From: an uncultured Gemmatimonadales bacterium
Lineage (GTDB): Bacteria; Gemmatimonadota; Gemmatimonadetes; Gemmatimonadales; GWC2-71-9
Assembly: GCA_963798915.1 (NCBI GenBank)
Contig: CAWCVB010000014.1
Coordinates: 3,565 to 67,564, forward strand
Length of the DNA stretch: 64,000 nt
Reading direction: 5' to 3'
Within the stretch, counting starts at the first letter, position 1. Every line of letters begins with the position of its first letter. Made by a program: the position numbers and the translations under genes. Of the stretch, positions 39,268 to 48,929 are shown piece after piece. The notes under the pieces were generated by a model. The model made no database searches, was not told the origin of the DNA, and worked only from the letters and a program-made list of their open reading frames with translations.

Positions 39268-40658
39268 GCATGCTCCTGCTGTTGCAGGCGGCGGCCGACA
39301 GCACCATGACGGCGGCCCAGCGACTGGCTGCCGCCCACGCTGATCTGTCAGTCCCCCTGGGCGAGCGACTGGTGGGCCTCCTCGGCGTGGCCGTGATGAT
39401 CGGGCTCGCCGTGCTGCTCAGCTACGACCGGCGAAAGATCCAGTGGCGTCTGGTCGGCATCGGCCTCGCGCTCCAGTTCACGTTCGGATTCATCGTCCTC
39501 AAGACCCGGCCCGGCCGGGCATTTTTTGACTTCATCGGCCGCATCGTCACTGGGCTCCTGTCCTTCCAGGAGCAGGGGGCACGCTTCGTCTTTGGCAACC
39601 TGGTGCAGAACTCAGTCCCGGTCGGGATTCCGGATGCGTCGGGCGGCCTCAACGCCAGCGCGGGGTATGTGGCCAGCACCGGGTCATTCTTCGCGTTCAA
39701 CGTGCTGCCAACGATCATCTTTTTCTGCGCCCTGATGTCGGTGCTGTATTACCTCAACATCATGCAGACGATCGTGAAGGCGATCGCCTGGGTCATGCAG
39801 AAAACGCTTGGCACATCCGGCGCCGAGACCCTTTCTGCCTCCGGCAACATCTTCCTGGGCCAGACGGAGGCGCCGCTGCTGATCAAGCCGTTCGTCGGCA
39901 CCATGACCGAGTCCGAGCTGATGACGGTCATGGTCGGAGGATTCGCCACGGTGGCGGGTGGCGTACTGGCTGCCTACGTGGGGATGCTGTCCGGCTATTT
40001 CCCCAACATCGCGAGTCACCTGCTGGCGGCCAGCGTCATGAATGCGCCCGCCGGCCTCTTCTTGTCCAAGATCATCCGGCCGGAGGTGGGCGTGCCGCTG
40101 ACCAGGGGCAAGCTCGAACTCACGATCGAGAAGACCGATACCGGGGTGATTGAAGCTGCGGCCAGTGGTGCCGCGCAGGGCGTGCAGCTGGCCATCAACG
40201 TGGGCGCCATGCTCATGGCATTTGTTGCGCTCGTGGCCATGCTCAATTTCGGCATTGGCTGGGCTGGCAGCCTCCTGGGGCATCCGGCGCTGAGCCTGCA
40301 AGGCGTCCTCGGGTACCTGCTGCGCCCGCTCGCCTGGGTCATGGGCGTTCCCTGGCATGATACCGCATATGTCGGTGGCCTCATCGGCATCAAGGCCACG
40401 CTGAACGAGTTCGTGGCCTACGCACAATTCGCAGGGGACATGGCGCACGGAGTCGCGCTGTCGTCGCGCAGCGCCGTCATCGTGACGTATGCGCTGCTCG
40501 GCTTCGCCAACTTCTCATCCATTGCGATCCAGATTGGCGGGATCGGCGGCCTTGCGCCTGAGCGCCGTGGTGAGATCGCCAGGTTTGGGCTGCGGGCGAT
40601 GATCGCGGGCAACCTTGCCGCGTTCACATCAGCCGCCATTGCGGGAGTGCTGCTGTGA
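39264..40658 (+). CDS. nupC: Concentrative nucleoside transporter (NupC/CNT family)
   Basis: Polytopic protein with FAFNVLPTIIFF and SASGNIFLGQTEAPLLIKP, characteristic of the CNT family. Lies in nucleoside-catabolism context. Confidence 0.85.
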   Translation: MSMLLLLQAAADSTMTAAQRLAAAHADLSVPLGERLVGLLGVAVMIGLAVLLSYDRRKIQWRLVGIGLALQFTFGFIVLKTRPGRAFFDFIGRIVTGLLSFQEQGARFVFGNLVQNSVPVGIPDASGGLNASAGYVASTGSFFAFNVLPTIIFFCALMSVLYYLNIMQTIVKAIAWVMQKTLGTSGAETLSASGNIFLGQTEAPLLIKPFVGTMTESELMTVMVGGFATVAGGVLAAYVGMLSGYFPNIASHLLAASVMNAPAGLFLSKIIRPEVGVPLTRGKLELTIEKTDTGVIEAAASGAAQGVQLAINVGAMLMAFVALVAMLNFGIGWAGSLLGHPALSLQGVLGYLLRPLAWVMGVPWHDTAYVGGLIGIKATLNEFVAYAQFAGDMAHGVALSSRSAVIVTYALLGFANFSSIAIQIGGIGGLAPERRGEIARFGLRAMIAGNLAAFTSAAIAGVLL

Positions 40659-41476
40659 CCGGCAGCGACGCCGTGCAGCGGGCCGTCGCCGCCCTGCGTG
40701 ATCAGCTCGGCGGTTTTGAGGCGGAAATCGCCATCGTGCTCGGTTCCGGCCTGGGTGGTTTTGCCGCCCGCGCCAGCGATTCCCACTCGGTTTCCTATCG
40801 TCATATTCCCGGATTTCCCGAGCCCACCGTGCAGGGCCACGCGGGGCAGCTGGTCGCCGGCATCATCGGTGGCCGGCGCGTGCTACTGCAAAGCGGACGA
40901 TTCCACATGTACGAGGGGCACTCCGCCGAGCTCTCGGCCCTTCCAGTCCGGGTCTTCGCCGAGCTGGGCATTGGTACGCTCGTGATCACCAACGCCGCCG
41001 GCGGAATCCGTCCGTCGTTTGCCGCGGGCACCCTGATGCTCATTACTGATCACCTGAATCTTACGGGACGAAATCCGCTCGTCGGTAATGTGCTGCCGCG
41101 CGAGGAGCGCTTTCCCGATATGACAATGGCCTATGACCTGGAGCTGCGGGCCCTGGCCCGGGCGATCGCCCAGGAGCAGGACATTGCGCTGGAAGAGGGT
41201 GTCTATGCCGGGCTTCTCGGCCCCAATTACGAGACGCCAGCGGAGGTGAGGATGCTGCGGGGGCTCGGTGCGGACGCGGTCGGCATGTCGACGGTCGTGG
41301 AAGTCATTGCTGCGCGGGCTCGCGGCATGCGATGCCTTGGCATCTCCACGGTGACCAACCTGGCAGCCGGCGTCGGCGACGACGTACTGTCGCATGCCGA
41401 GGTGATGGAAACGGCCGAGTTGGTAGAGGAAAAGCTGGGCCGGCTGGTCGAAGGGATCGTCACTCGGGCGGCCTGA
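40655..41476 (+). CDS. Purine nucleoside phosphorylase (PNP-I / PunA type)
   Basis: GSGLG, GRFHMYEG, GPNYETPAEVRMLRGLGADAVGMSTVVEV. Confidence 0.9.
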   Translation: MTGSDAVQRAVAALRDQLGGFEAEIAIVLGSGLGGFAARASDSHSVSYRHIPGFPEPTVQGHAGQLVAGIIGGRRVLLQSGRFHMYEGHSAELSALPVRVFAELGIGTLVITNAAGGIRPSFAAGTLMLITDHLNLTGRNPLVGNVLPREERFPDMTMAYDLELRALARAIAQEQDIALEEGVYAGLLGPNYETPAEVRMLRGLGADAVGMSTVVEVIAARARGMRCLGISTVTNLAAGVGDDVLSHAEVMETAELVEEKLGRLVEGIVTRAA

Positions 41477-41479
41477 GTT

Positions 41480-42265
41480 TCAGTGCGCAGATACCGAGTG
41501 GTCGAGCGGCGGATGGCCACGGCCAAGGGCGGGAGCGGCCTGCATCGCACGGGTGACATAGCGCAGCGCATCGTCCACTGCGGCAAGGAGAGGCTTGCCC
41601 AGGGCCAGGTCGGCAGTAATGGCGGCGGAGAGGGTGCACCCGGTACCATGCGCGCCCGGGATGTTGAGGCGCGGGCGCGTGAAGCGGCGCGTTCCGTCGG
41701 GCGTGACAAGTACGTCGGTGACGATGTCGCCATCGAGGTGGCCGCCCTTGACCAGCGCGGCGGACGCCCCAAGCTCGAGCAGCGCCCGGCCGGCACGTTC
41801 CATGGCGCTCGCGTCGCGCACTTCCTGGCCCAGCAGGATCTCCGCCTCTTCGAGATTCGGCGTGACCAGTGCGGCCAGCGGCAGCAGGTCGTCACGGATG
41901 ACGGTTTCGGCGGCCTTTGTGAGCAGGCGATCGCCGGACGACGCCACCATGACCGGGTCCACCACCAGGGCACCCCAGGCCTGCTCGGCGGCCACCTGCA
42001 CCACGACGCGCGCCAGCGTCTCGTCCGCCAGCATACCGGTCTTCACGGCGTCGGGCGGCAGGTCGTTGACCAGGGCCGCCAGCTGTGCCATGAGGAAGCC
42101 GGCCGGCACCGCGTGCACGGCGGACACGCCCAGCGTATTCTGCGCCGTCAATGCGGTGACAGCCGTGGTGCCGTGGACGCCGAACTGGTGGAAGGTCTTG
42201 AGGTCGGCCTGAATACCGGCGCCGCCGCCGGAGTCCGAACCGGCAATGCTCAAGGCAATCTTCAC
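41480..42265 (-). CDS. thiD: Hydroxymethylpyrimidine/phosphomethylpyrimidine kinase
   Basis: IAGSDSGGGAGIQADLKT, VKTGML, GTGCTLSAAI. Confidence 0.9.
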   Translation of the reverse strand: MKIALSIAGSDSGGGAGIQADLKTFHQFGVHGTTAVTALTAQNTLGVSAVHAVPAGFLMAQLAALVNDLPPDAVKTGMLADETLARVVVQVAAEQAWGALVVDPVMVASSGDRLLTKAAETVIRDDLLPLAALVTPNLEEAEILLGQEVRDASAMERAGRALLELGASAALVKGGHLDGDIVTDVLVTPDGTRRFTRPRLNIPGAHGTGCTLSAAITADLALGKPLLAAVDDALRYVTRAMQAAPALGRGHPPLDHSVSAH

Positions 42266-43083
42266 GGCGTCTTGACCTCCTTCGGTGCAGGCGGCATGGC
42301 CTTCAGTCTGCTCCGGAGCGACGTGAACGCCGACAGGTCGCTGCGGCCGGTCCGAACCGCGGCCCTCGCGCCCGGCACCTCATCAATGTAGCGGTCAAGG
42401 TTCTGCAACCGCTCGGACGTGGACGGGTGGGACGAGAACCAGAGCTCGACCTTGCTGGGTTCCTGCTGCTGGAGCGACTCCAGCGTCTCGAACTCTCGCT
42501 TGAGCCCCTCGGGATCGATATTGGCCCGGGTGGTGTAAACCACTGCCATCGAGTCGGCTTCCCGCTCGTCGTCGCGGGAGAACTTTGCGAAGATTGCGCC
42601 GCCGGCAATGTTCACCGCGACCGCTTCGGCGTCGCCGGGCTGGCGGCCGAGCAGGATGTAGGCGAGGGTCAGCCCCGTGTTCGCGGCGCCGACCTGTCCC
42701 ATCTGCTCGGCGGAATGGCGCAGGTCCACGTGGCCGATCTCGTGCGCCACCGCGCCGGCGAACTCGTCCCAGTGGCTGGCCCGCTCCACCAGCCCGCGGA
42801 AGACATAAATGTGGCCGCCAGGCAGGGCAAAGGCATTGACCTGGTCCGAGTTGATGACATCAAAGGTCCAGTTCAGATCCTGCCGTTGGGCCACGCGCTT
42901 CAGTGGCGCAACTGAACTGTTCAGGGCCGAGACGATGGCGCCATCGTGAATGACCGGCATGGTGCGCTCGACCTCGGCCGCCGCCTGGTCACCAGTCTGG
43001 ACTTCCTGCTGGACGCTCGGAGTACAGGCGGACAATAGCGCGAACGCAGTCAGTGCACTCGCAGGATGAAAGAAGCGCGGCAT
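42262..43083 (-). CDS. M48-family lipoprotein metalloprotease
   Basis: ATG at 43083 after GGGAG. Lipobox ALLSAC. AVAHEIGHVDLRHS (HExxH). Its stop overlaps the thiD start. Confidence 0.8.
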   Translation of the reverse strand: MPRFFHPASALTAFALLSACTPSVQQEVQTGDQAAAEVERTMPVIHDGAIVSALNSSVAPLKRVAQRQDLNWTFDVINSDQVNAFALPGGHIYVFRGLVERASHWDEFAGAVAHEIGHVDLRHSAEQMGQVGAANTGLTLAYILLGRQPGDAEAVAVNIAGGAIFAKFSRDDEREADSMAVVYTTRANIDPEGLKREFETLESLQQQEPSKVELWFSSHPSTSERLQNLDRYIDEVPGARAAVRTGRSDLSAFTSLRSRLKAMPPAPKEVKTP

Positions 43084-43849
43084 GGGCAGCTCCCTGGTTA
43101 CCATGATTCGTGACCTGCATCTCAAGCGCGGCCGGGAACGGCGTGGCCTGACGCTGGCAGAGGGCGTGCGCCTGGTCGAAGAAGCGCGCGCGGCGGGACT
43201 CGAGATCCGCGGTGCCATGGTCGGCCCGGCGCTGGAGGCGACCGCACGAGGCAAATCGCTCAAGGCGGCACTGGTTTCTGCCGGTGTCGAGATGCATGAG
43301 GTGCCCTCCGACGCGCTGCGCGAGCTGGCGGAAACGGAGCACCCACAGGGAATTATTGCGGTTATCAGCCCAACGCGCTGGAGTCTGGATCACATCACCA
43401 TGCGGACGCATGACACGGTGCTGGCTCTGGATGGCGTGCAGGACCCCGGCAATGTGGGCACGCTGGCCAGGACCGCGCTGGGCCTGGGAGCACGCGGCCT
43501 CGTGGCGTTGCCGGGCACGGCCGAACTCACCAATCCCAAGGTGCTACGCTCCGCCATGGGCGCCACGTTTCGTTTCCCGTGCGTCTCGGCAAGCATCGCT
43601 GCCTTTGCGGAATGGGCGTCTGCCCAGGACGTGCGTACATGGGTGGCCGCGGCTGATGGGGAGCCGGTTCGAGGCGCCAGCCGGCCTGACCGGCTGGCCC
43701 TGGTGGTCGGGAATGAAGGTGCCGGCGTGTCGGATACCCTGCGGGGCAGCGCGGCGCGCGCCGTGGCGATTCCGCTCAAGGACGGAGCCGAGTCGCTCAA
43801 CGTGGCCGCCGCGGCGGCCATCCTCCTGTACGAGGTGACGCGTGACTGA
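43082..43849 (+). CDS. SpoU/TrmH-family RNA 2'-O-methyltransferase
   Basis: LALDGVQDPGNVGTLART, LVVGNEGAGVS and ESLNVAAAAAILLYE motifs. An alternative start at ATG 43103 exists. Confidence 0.85.
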   Translation: MGSSLVTMIRDLHLKRGRERRGLTLAEGVRLVEEARAAGLEIRGAMVGPALEATARGKSLKAALVSAGVEMHEVPSDALRELAETEHPQGIIAVISPTRWSLDHITMRTHDTVLALDGVQDPGNVGTLARTALGLGARGLVALPGTAELTNPKVLRSAMGATFRFPCVSASIAAFAEWASAQDVRTWVAAADGEPVRGASRPDRLALVVGNEGAGVSDTLRGSAARAVAIPLKDGAESLNVAAAAAILLYEVTRD

Positions 43850-44624
43850 TCTGCCCCGCTGGTTTGCCATCCTGCTGGCTGGCGTCGTCGGGCTCGTGCT
43901 CGGCAGCTTCCTGAATGTCTGCATTGTCCGCTGGGGGGCAGAGCCCAAGCAGTCGGTGGTGCGGCCTCGCTCGCGCTGTCCCCGCTGCGGCACCACACTT
44001 CGTGCCCGGGACAACGTCCCAGTGGTGTCGTGGCTCATGCTGCGCGGCCGCTGCCATGGGTGCGGCCTCTCGATCTCATGGATGTATCCGCTGGTGGAAC
44101 TGGCCAGCGGCCTGCTGTGGGCCGGCATGGCCTGGAGACTGGGGCTGACCTTGCATGCCCTCGAAGGCGCCGTCTTCTTCTCGATTCTCCTTGGCATCGC
44201 GCTCACCGACCTTCGCAACTACATCATCCCTGACGAATTCACGCTGGGTGGGCTGGTGATCGGTCTCGGACTTGCGCTGGCAGGCGGCGTTCCGACGCTG
44301 GGCCGCGCGCTGCTCGGCGCCGCCGTCGGGTTTGGCACGCTCTGGCTGGTGGGCTGGGCCGGATCCGCGCTGTTCCGGAAAGAGGCCATGGGTGGAGGCG
44401 ATATCAAGATGATGGCGATGGTGGGCGCCTTCACCGGCTGGATGGGCGTGCTTCTCAGCATCTTCCTGGGGGCGATCATCGCCGTGCTCATCTTCATCCC
44501 GATTCTCTTCATCCGGCGGGACAAGTTGGTGCCATTCGGCATCTTTCTCGCGCTGGGCGCGGCCGTGACCTGGCTCGCAGGCGCGGACATTATCGGATGG
44601 TATCGCGGGATGGTGGGCCTGTGA
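43842..44624 (+). CDS. pilD: Prepilin peptidase (A24 family)
   Basis: CPRCG...CHGCG cysteine pairs, ALTDL and GGGDIKMMAMVGAF aspartyl-protease motifs, polytopic. Confidence 0.85.
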   Translation: MTDLPRWFAILLAGVVGLVLGSFLNVCIVRWGAEPKQSVVRPRSRCPRCGTTLRARDNVPVVSWLMLRGRCHGCGLSISWMYPLVELASGLLWAGMAWRLGLTLHALEGAVFFSILLGIALTDLRNYIIPDEFTLGGLVIGLGLALAGGVPTLGRALLGAAVGFGTLWLVGWAGSALFRKEAMGGGDIKMMAMVGAFTGWMGVLLSIFLGAIIAVLIFIPILFIRRDKLVPFGIFLALGAAVTWLAGADIIGWYRGMVGL

Positions 44625-45826
44625 GGCGGCTGGCGCTCGCGCTGCTGGTGACATGCCTGGCCTGCCGGGGCGAGCCGGCCAATCGCACGTCCGGCGAGGC
44701 GCGGCTGGCTCAGATGATGGACAGTCTGACCCCCGCGGTGGAACAGGCGGTCGGGCTCAGCTTCAAGACCCCGCCGCGCTCGGCCGTGCGCACCCGCGCC
44801 GAAGTGCGCCGCTACCTGATCAACAAGCTGGATGAGGAGTTGACCCCGCAACGGGCCGGGGGTGTGGAGGCGACCTACCATCTCCTGGGGATGATGCCCG
44901 ACAGCGTGGACCTGCGTTCGCTGCTGCTTGACCTCCTCACCGAGCAGGTCGTCGGATTCTACGACGCTGACTCGGCGATGTTCTTTGGCGTGGCTGGCGC
45001 ACCGCAGGAACAGCTCGGCGTAACCGTGGCACACGAGATGGTGCACGCGCTCCAGGGTCAGTACCTCGCCCTCGATTCGATGCTTCGCGCTCGCGGCGAC
45101 AACGATCGGGCGACAGCGGCGCAGGCCATCCTCGAGGGCCAGGCGATGGTGGCCTCGATCCAGGTCATGGCGCCCTCACATGACGTGCTGCATGATGACG
45201 CCATCTGGTCGATGCTCAAGGCGCAGACCCGCCAGGCGCAGAATACCATGCCGCAGTTTGGCGCCGCTCCGCTGGTGGTGCGCGAAGGTCTGATCTTCCC
45301 CTATGTGGAAGGCGCGCTCTTCATGCAATGGTGGGAGACTCGATCAGGTCACGCGGATACCGTCCCGTTCGGCGCGCGCATGCCTCGCTCGAGTGAGCAG
45401 ATCCTGCACCCGGACCGGTACGCCAAGGGCGACGAGCCGCTGCGGATCGGCATCGCCGCGGTGCCGGGCGACTCGGTGCTGCATGAGGACAACCTGGGCG
45501 AACTCGAGACCACGCTGCTGGGTGCAGTGCTGGCCGGGCGGAACGACCCTTCCTATGATCCGGCACTGGGCTGGGGCGGCGACCGATATCGCGTGGTCGC
45601 CACATCGGATGGGCCGGCGCTGGTCTGGTACCTGGTCTTCGATGACCCGGCGTCAGCCGCGCGATTCGATGCAGGCACCGGGGCACTGCTCCGGAAACGG
45701 CAGCGGAAGGGCTATCGGGCCGATTTCACCATGCTGGACATCAGTGGCCACCGTGCGGCACGATTCGTCATGGCGCCGGTGGCGTGGCCGGGATGGAAAG
45801 CTCTCCCGGGAGCATCTATCCCATAG
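44621..45826 (+). CDS. Lipoprotein with HExxH metalloprotease motif, family unknown
   Basis: The GTG start forms a GTGA overlap with the pilD stop. Lipobox LLVTCLAC. VAHEMVHALQ with downstream ILEGQA. Confidence 0.6.
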   Translation: MRRLALALLVTCLACRGEPANRTSGEARLAQMMDSLTPAVEQAVGLSFKTPPRSAVRTRAEVRRYLINKLDEELTPQRAGGVEATYHLLGMMPDSVDLRSLLLDLLTEQVVGFYDADSAMFFGVAGAPQEQLGVTVAHEMVHALQGQYLALDSMLRARGDNDRATAAQAILEGQAMVASIQVMAPSHDVLHDDAIWSMLKAQTRQAQNTMPQFGAAPLVVREGLIFPYVEGALFMQWWETRSGHADTVPFGARMPRSSEQILHPDRYAKGDEPLRIGIAAVPGDSVLHEDNLGELETTLLGAVLAGRNDPSYDPALGWGGDRYRVVATSDGPALVWYLVFDDPASAARFDAGTGALLRKRQRKGYRADFTMLDISGHRAARFVMAPVAWPGWKALPGASIP

Positions 45827-45830
45827 GGAT

Positions 45831-45849
45831 GCCTGGCCGAATGCCAGGC
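45831..45849. terminator. Hairpin GCCTGGC-CGAAT-GCCAGGC
   Basis: 7-bp stem starting 5 nt after the stop of the preceding gene. No U-tract. Confidence 0.4.
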
Positions 45850-45967
45850 CTCTCGCGGCCGCGGCGTCACCAGGCGCTGCCGTTCGCTCCACCCGCTTCG
45901 TTGGTATTTCCGGCCACCGCTCACCGATGCGCCCGCTGATACGGCGGCCCGCTTGCCCGAGTTTGCG

Positions 45968-45995
45968 GAGCCGCCGAGCCGCCGAGCCGCCGAGC
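45968..45995. repeat. (GAGCCGCC)x3.5 octamer array
   Basis: Read directly from the sequence. It abuts the stop of the DUF445 gene. Confidence 0.85.
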
Positions 45996-45997
45996 TC

Positions 45998-47560
45998 TCA
46001 CCGCATCAGCATGTTCACTCCGAACGCGGCTGCTCCCACGATCGCGCCGAGCAGATAGCCCAGGCGGACGATCAGGGTGAGCTCCTTCTGCGTCACGTTG
46101 CGCACAATCTCTTCCATACGCTGGGTCGAAAAGCCGCGCACCTTCTGCTCCACCATGTCCTGCACATTGAGCTGCTGCACAATGCGGGGAATTTCCTGCT
46201 GCACCCAGCCCCAGGCGGCGCGTGCGATCCCGTCCCGGAGTTTCTGCCCTGTATCGTCACTGAGCCAGCGGCCTGGGCGGCCCACCGGTCGCGAGAGCAA
46301 CCGCTCAATGACCTGCGCCACGCTGTCGCTGATCCAGCGCTGGCCCCGCTCCCCCGTAATCACCTCCCGCGCCAGTGCGACTGCGCGCTCGCGCGGGATC
46401 AGCCCGACGGCGTCGCCCCAGGTGCGCCGTTCCACCACCCCCATGAGACGGTCCGCAGCGCGCGCCACCGCATCGCGGGTGGCATCGTCACGGACCACAC
46501 GAACCAGCCAGTCACCCAGGGTAATCTCGAGCGCGTCCCGTTTCTCGGCCGTGAGCCGCTCGAATCGCTGCGCCAGCGGCATCCGGAGAAAATTGACCAC
46601 GGCGTCGTTCACGGCGCGCGTGACCTGCGCCTTCATGCCCGGTTCGGCCAGCGCCGCAGCGAACTTGTCAAATCCCTCGGCTTCGAAGCCGTCCACCAGG
46701 CGCTCGATGGTCCGATCAGTCACCACGAGCTTGGCGAGAATCCGTTCGTGCAACAGCAGGTCGCGCACCGAGTGGTCAAAGGCATCGCGCAGGGCTCGCT
46801 CGATGCGGTTACGCGCCACGGGATCGCTCAGCAGCGCGCTGAGGCGCTCGAGCGCCATCGGCAGGTAGTCGGTGATGGCGCTCTCGACCGTGCCAATGAG
46901 GCCGTGCGGCAGCCGATCCAGCAATGGCGTCTGATCGTTCGCCATCGCTTCGAGCCGCTCATGCACCCATCGCCTGAGCGTTGCCTCCAGATCGTCATGC
47001 TCCGCCAGAGTGCCGACCCACTCGCGGACTTTGGCGCTGATGCGATCGCGCCGGCCCTCGCCGAGCGCGCCGCTGATCGGCTGATCTCCCACCTGCCGGG
47101 CCACGCCATCCAGGAAATTCTGAATCAGCTGACCAAAGTCGTCCGATGCCGCCCATTTGCCCACTCGGCCGGCCACAGCTGGTGCGACGCCTGCCAGGGC
47201 GCCCTCGACGGCGACGATCAGGTCAGGGCCCAGTTCCTCGCGAAGCGGCCCGCGCTCCTTTTCCAGCAGGTTCTCGAGCACGCCACCGAGCGCGCGGGCA
47301 AAGGCCTCCTGTACCTGGGGCGCGGCGAGTCGGGCGGTCAGGTCCTCAGGCGTGAGAAGACGCTCGCCTACCGTGCGACCGATGCTCTTGGCCAGGCGTT
47401 CCTTGTTCTTGGGGATGGCACCGTGCAGCGTGAAGCGCCAGAAACCTCGGCGCTCGTAGGGATGAAACAGCATCCAGATGGCGATCGCATTGGTCACGCC
47501 GCCGGAAATCGCACCGACACCGACAGTCACGGCGCCGGCCAGAAGGAGCTGAGTGTCCAT
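45998..47560 (-). CDS. DUF445-family membrane protein
   Basis: 520 aa. N-terminal GGVTNAIAIWMLFHPY and C-terminal EEIVRNVTQKELTLIVRLGYLLGAIVG are typical of DUF445. Confidence 0.7.
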   Translation of the reverse strand: MDTQLLLAGAVTVGVGAISGGVTNAIAIWMLFHPYERRGFWRFTLHGAIPKNKERLAKSIGRTVGERLLTPEDLTARLAAPQVQEAFARALGGVLENLLEKERGPLREELGPDLIVAVEGALAGVAPAVAGRVGKWAASDDFGQLIQNFLDGVARQVGDQPISGALGEGRRDRISAKVREWVGTLAEHDDLEATLRRWVHERLEAMANDQTPLLDRLPHGLIGTVESAITDYLPMALERLSALLSDPVARNRIERALRDAFDHSVRDLLLHERILAKLVVTDRTIERLVDGFEAEGFDKFAAALAEPGMKAQVTRAVNDAVVNFLRMPLAQRFERLTAEKRDALEITLGDWLVRVVRDDATRDAVARAADRLMGVVERRTWGDAVGLIPRERAVALAREVITGERGQRWISDSVAQVIERLLSRPVGRPGRWLSDDTGQKLRDGIARAAWGWVQQEIPRIVQQLNVQDMVEQKVRGFSTQRMEEIVRNVTQKELTLIVRLGYLLGAIVGAAAFGVNMLMR

Positions 47561-47567
47561 ATGCGGT

Positions 47568-47795
47568 GGAGGATGGGCGGGATGGGCGCGATGGGCAAGA
47601 CAGGACGGGCAAGATGGGCAGGATGGGCAGGATGGGCACGTGAGCTTGTCTGACCGTCACCCCCGCGAAAGCGGGGGTCCACAACTGGCCCGTGCCTGGC
47701 GATTCATTAGGGGTGAGTCCTCATGGATTCCCGCATGCGCGGGAATGACGATTCACAAGGCACCCGCCAATCTCGCCCATCCAGCCCATCCTGCC
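47568..47795. repeat. MITE-like composite: nonamer array (GGGCAGGAT-type x8), two hairpins, inverted nonamers
   Basis: Left array at 47568-47640. Hairpins CCCCCGC-GAAA-GCGGGGG (47660-47677) and ATTCCCGC-ATGC-GCGGGAAT (47727-47746). Right inverted block GCCCATCCAGCCCATCCTGCC (47775-47795). Confidence 0.8.
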
Positions 47796-47798
47796 TCC

Positions 47799-48929
47799 CT
47801 ACTCCAGCCCCTTCCTGAACCGCACCGTCGCCACCGTGATCAAGAGCAGCGTGAAGCCGAGGAGCACCAGCGCCTGGGGCCAGAGCGCGCCCAGTCCGGT
47901 GCCCTTGAGCAGGATGCCACGCAGCACCTCCAGGAAGTAGGTGAGCGGCATGGCAGCCGCGATCCATTGCGCCACCCTGGGCATCGCGTCGATGGGAAAC
48001 ATGAACCCTGACATGAGAATGTTGGGCAGCATGTAGAAGAAGCCCAACTGGATCGCCTGGGCCTGCGTGTGCACCAGGGTGGACATGAACATGCCGACGC
48101 CAAGACTGGCGAGGATGAACGGAAAACTGAGGAGCAGGAGCAGCGGCAGACTGCCGCGAAATGGCACGTGGAACAGCAGACTGCCCAGCAGCAGGATGAC
48201 GAAGATCTGGATGTATCCCATGAGCAGGTAGGGCAGCATCTTGCCGAGCATGATGCTGCTCTTGCCGATGGGCGTGACGACGAGCTGCTCGAGGGTGCCG
48301 CGTTCCCGTTCGCGTACCACTGCCATGCTGGCAATGAGCACCATCGTGAGTGACAGCAGCACGCCGATGATTCCGGGTACAATGAACACCGCCGTCTGCA
48401 CCGCGGGGTTGTACAGCGGTCGGATGGTGATGCTGATCGGTGGCGCCCGGCCACGATTGGCCTGGACGATGGCCTGGCTGCGCACCAGCGCGGCTTGCCC
48501 CGCCGCGGCAATGGCCCCATTGGCCGCCAGTGGATCGGATGCATCCACCACGAACTGCGCCGCCGCGCCCCGGCCTCGCACCAGGTCCTCCGTGAACCGG
48601 TGCGGGATGACGAGCCCCGCGCGCGCATGGCCGGCGGCCAGTTCGCGCTCGAGTTCTGCGCGGTCGTGGACCATGCCGGCGAAGTCGAATGTCTCGGTAT
48701 TGACCAGCGCATGCGCCAGGAGCCGGCTCTCCTGTGTCTGGGATTGATCCAGGACGAGCAGTTTCTGGTGCCGCACCTCCATCTGGATTGCGTAGCCAAA
48801 CAGGACCAGCTGAAGCGCCGGGATCCCGACCATCATTGCCACAGTGAACCGGTCGCGGCGCAGCTGCGCCACTTCCTTCCAGAGCATGGGCCAGAGGGTC
48901 CAGCGCTGAAGGCGTTCGCGCATGGTCAC
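47799..48929 (-). CDS. ABC-2 type transporter permease
   Basis: 376-aa polytopic protein. Its start overlaps the stop of the ABC ATPase gene. Confidence 0.8.
   Translation of the reverse strand: MTMRERLQRWTLWPMLWKEVAQLRRDRFTVAMMVGIPALQLVLFGYAIQMEVRHQKLLVLDQSQTQESRLLAHALVNTETFDFAGMVHDRAELERELAAGHARAGLVIPHRFTEDLVRGRGAAAQFVVDASDPLAANGAIAAAGQAALVRSQAIVQANRGRAPPISITIRPLYNPAVQTAVFIVPGIIGVLLSLTMVLIASMAVVRERERGTLEQLVVTPIGKSSIMLGKMLPYLLMGYIQIFVILLLGSLLFHVPFRGSLPLLLLLSFPFILASLGVGMFMSTLVHTQAQAIQLGFFYMLPNILMSGFMFPIDAMPRVAQWIAAAMPLTYFLEVLRGILLKGTGLGALWPQALVLLGFTLLLITVATVRFRKGLE

Noticed and set aside
42262-42300. TPP riboswitch upstream of thiD
   Set aside because: The thiD start overlaps the stop of the M48 peptidase gene, so no leader is available. 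No CUGAGA/ACCUGA thi-box core was seen nearby.
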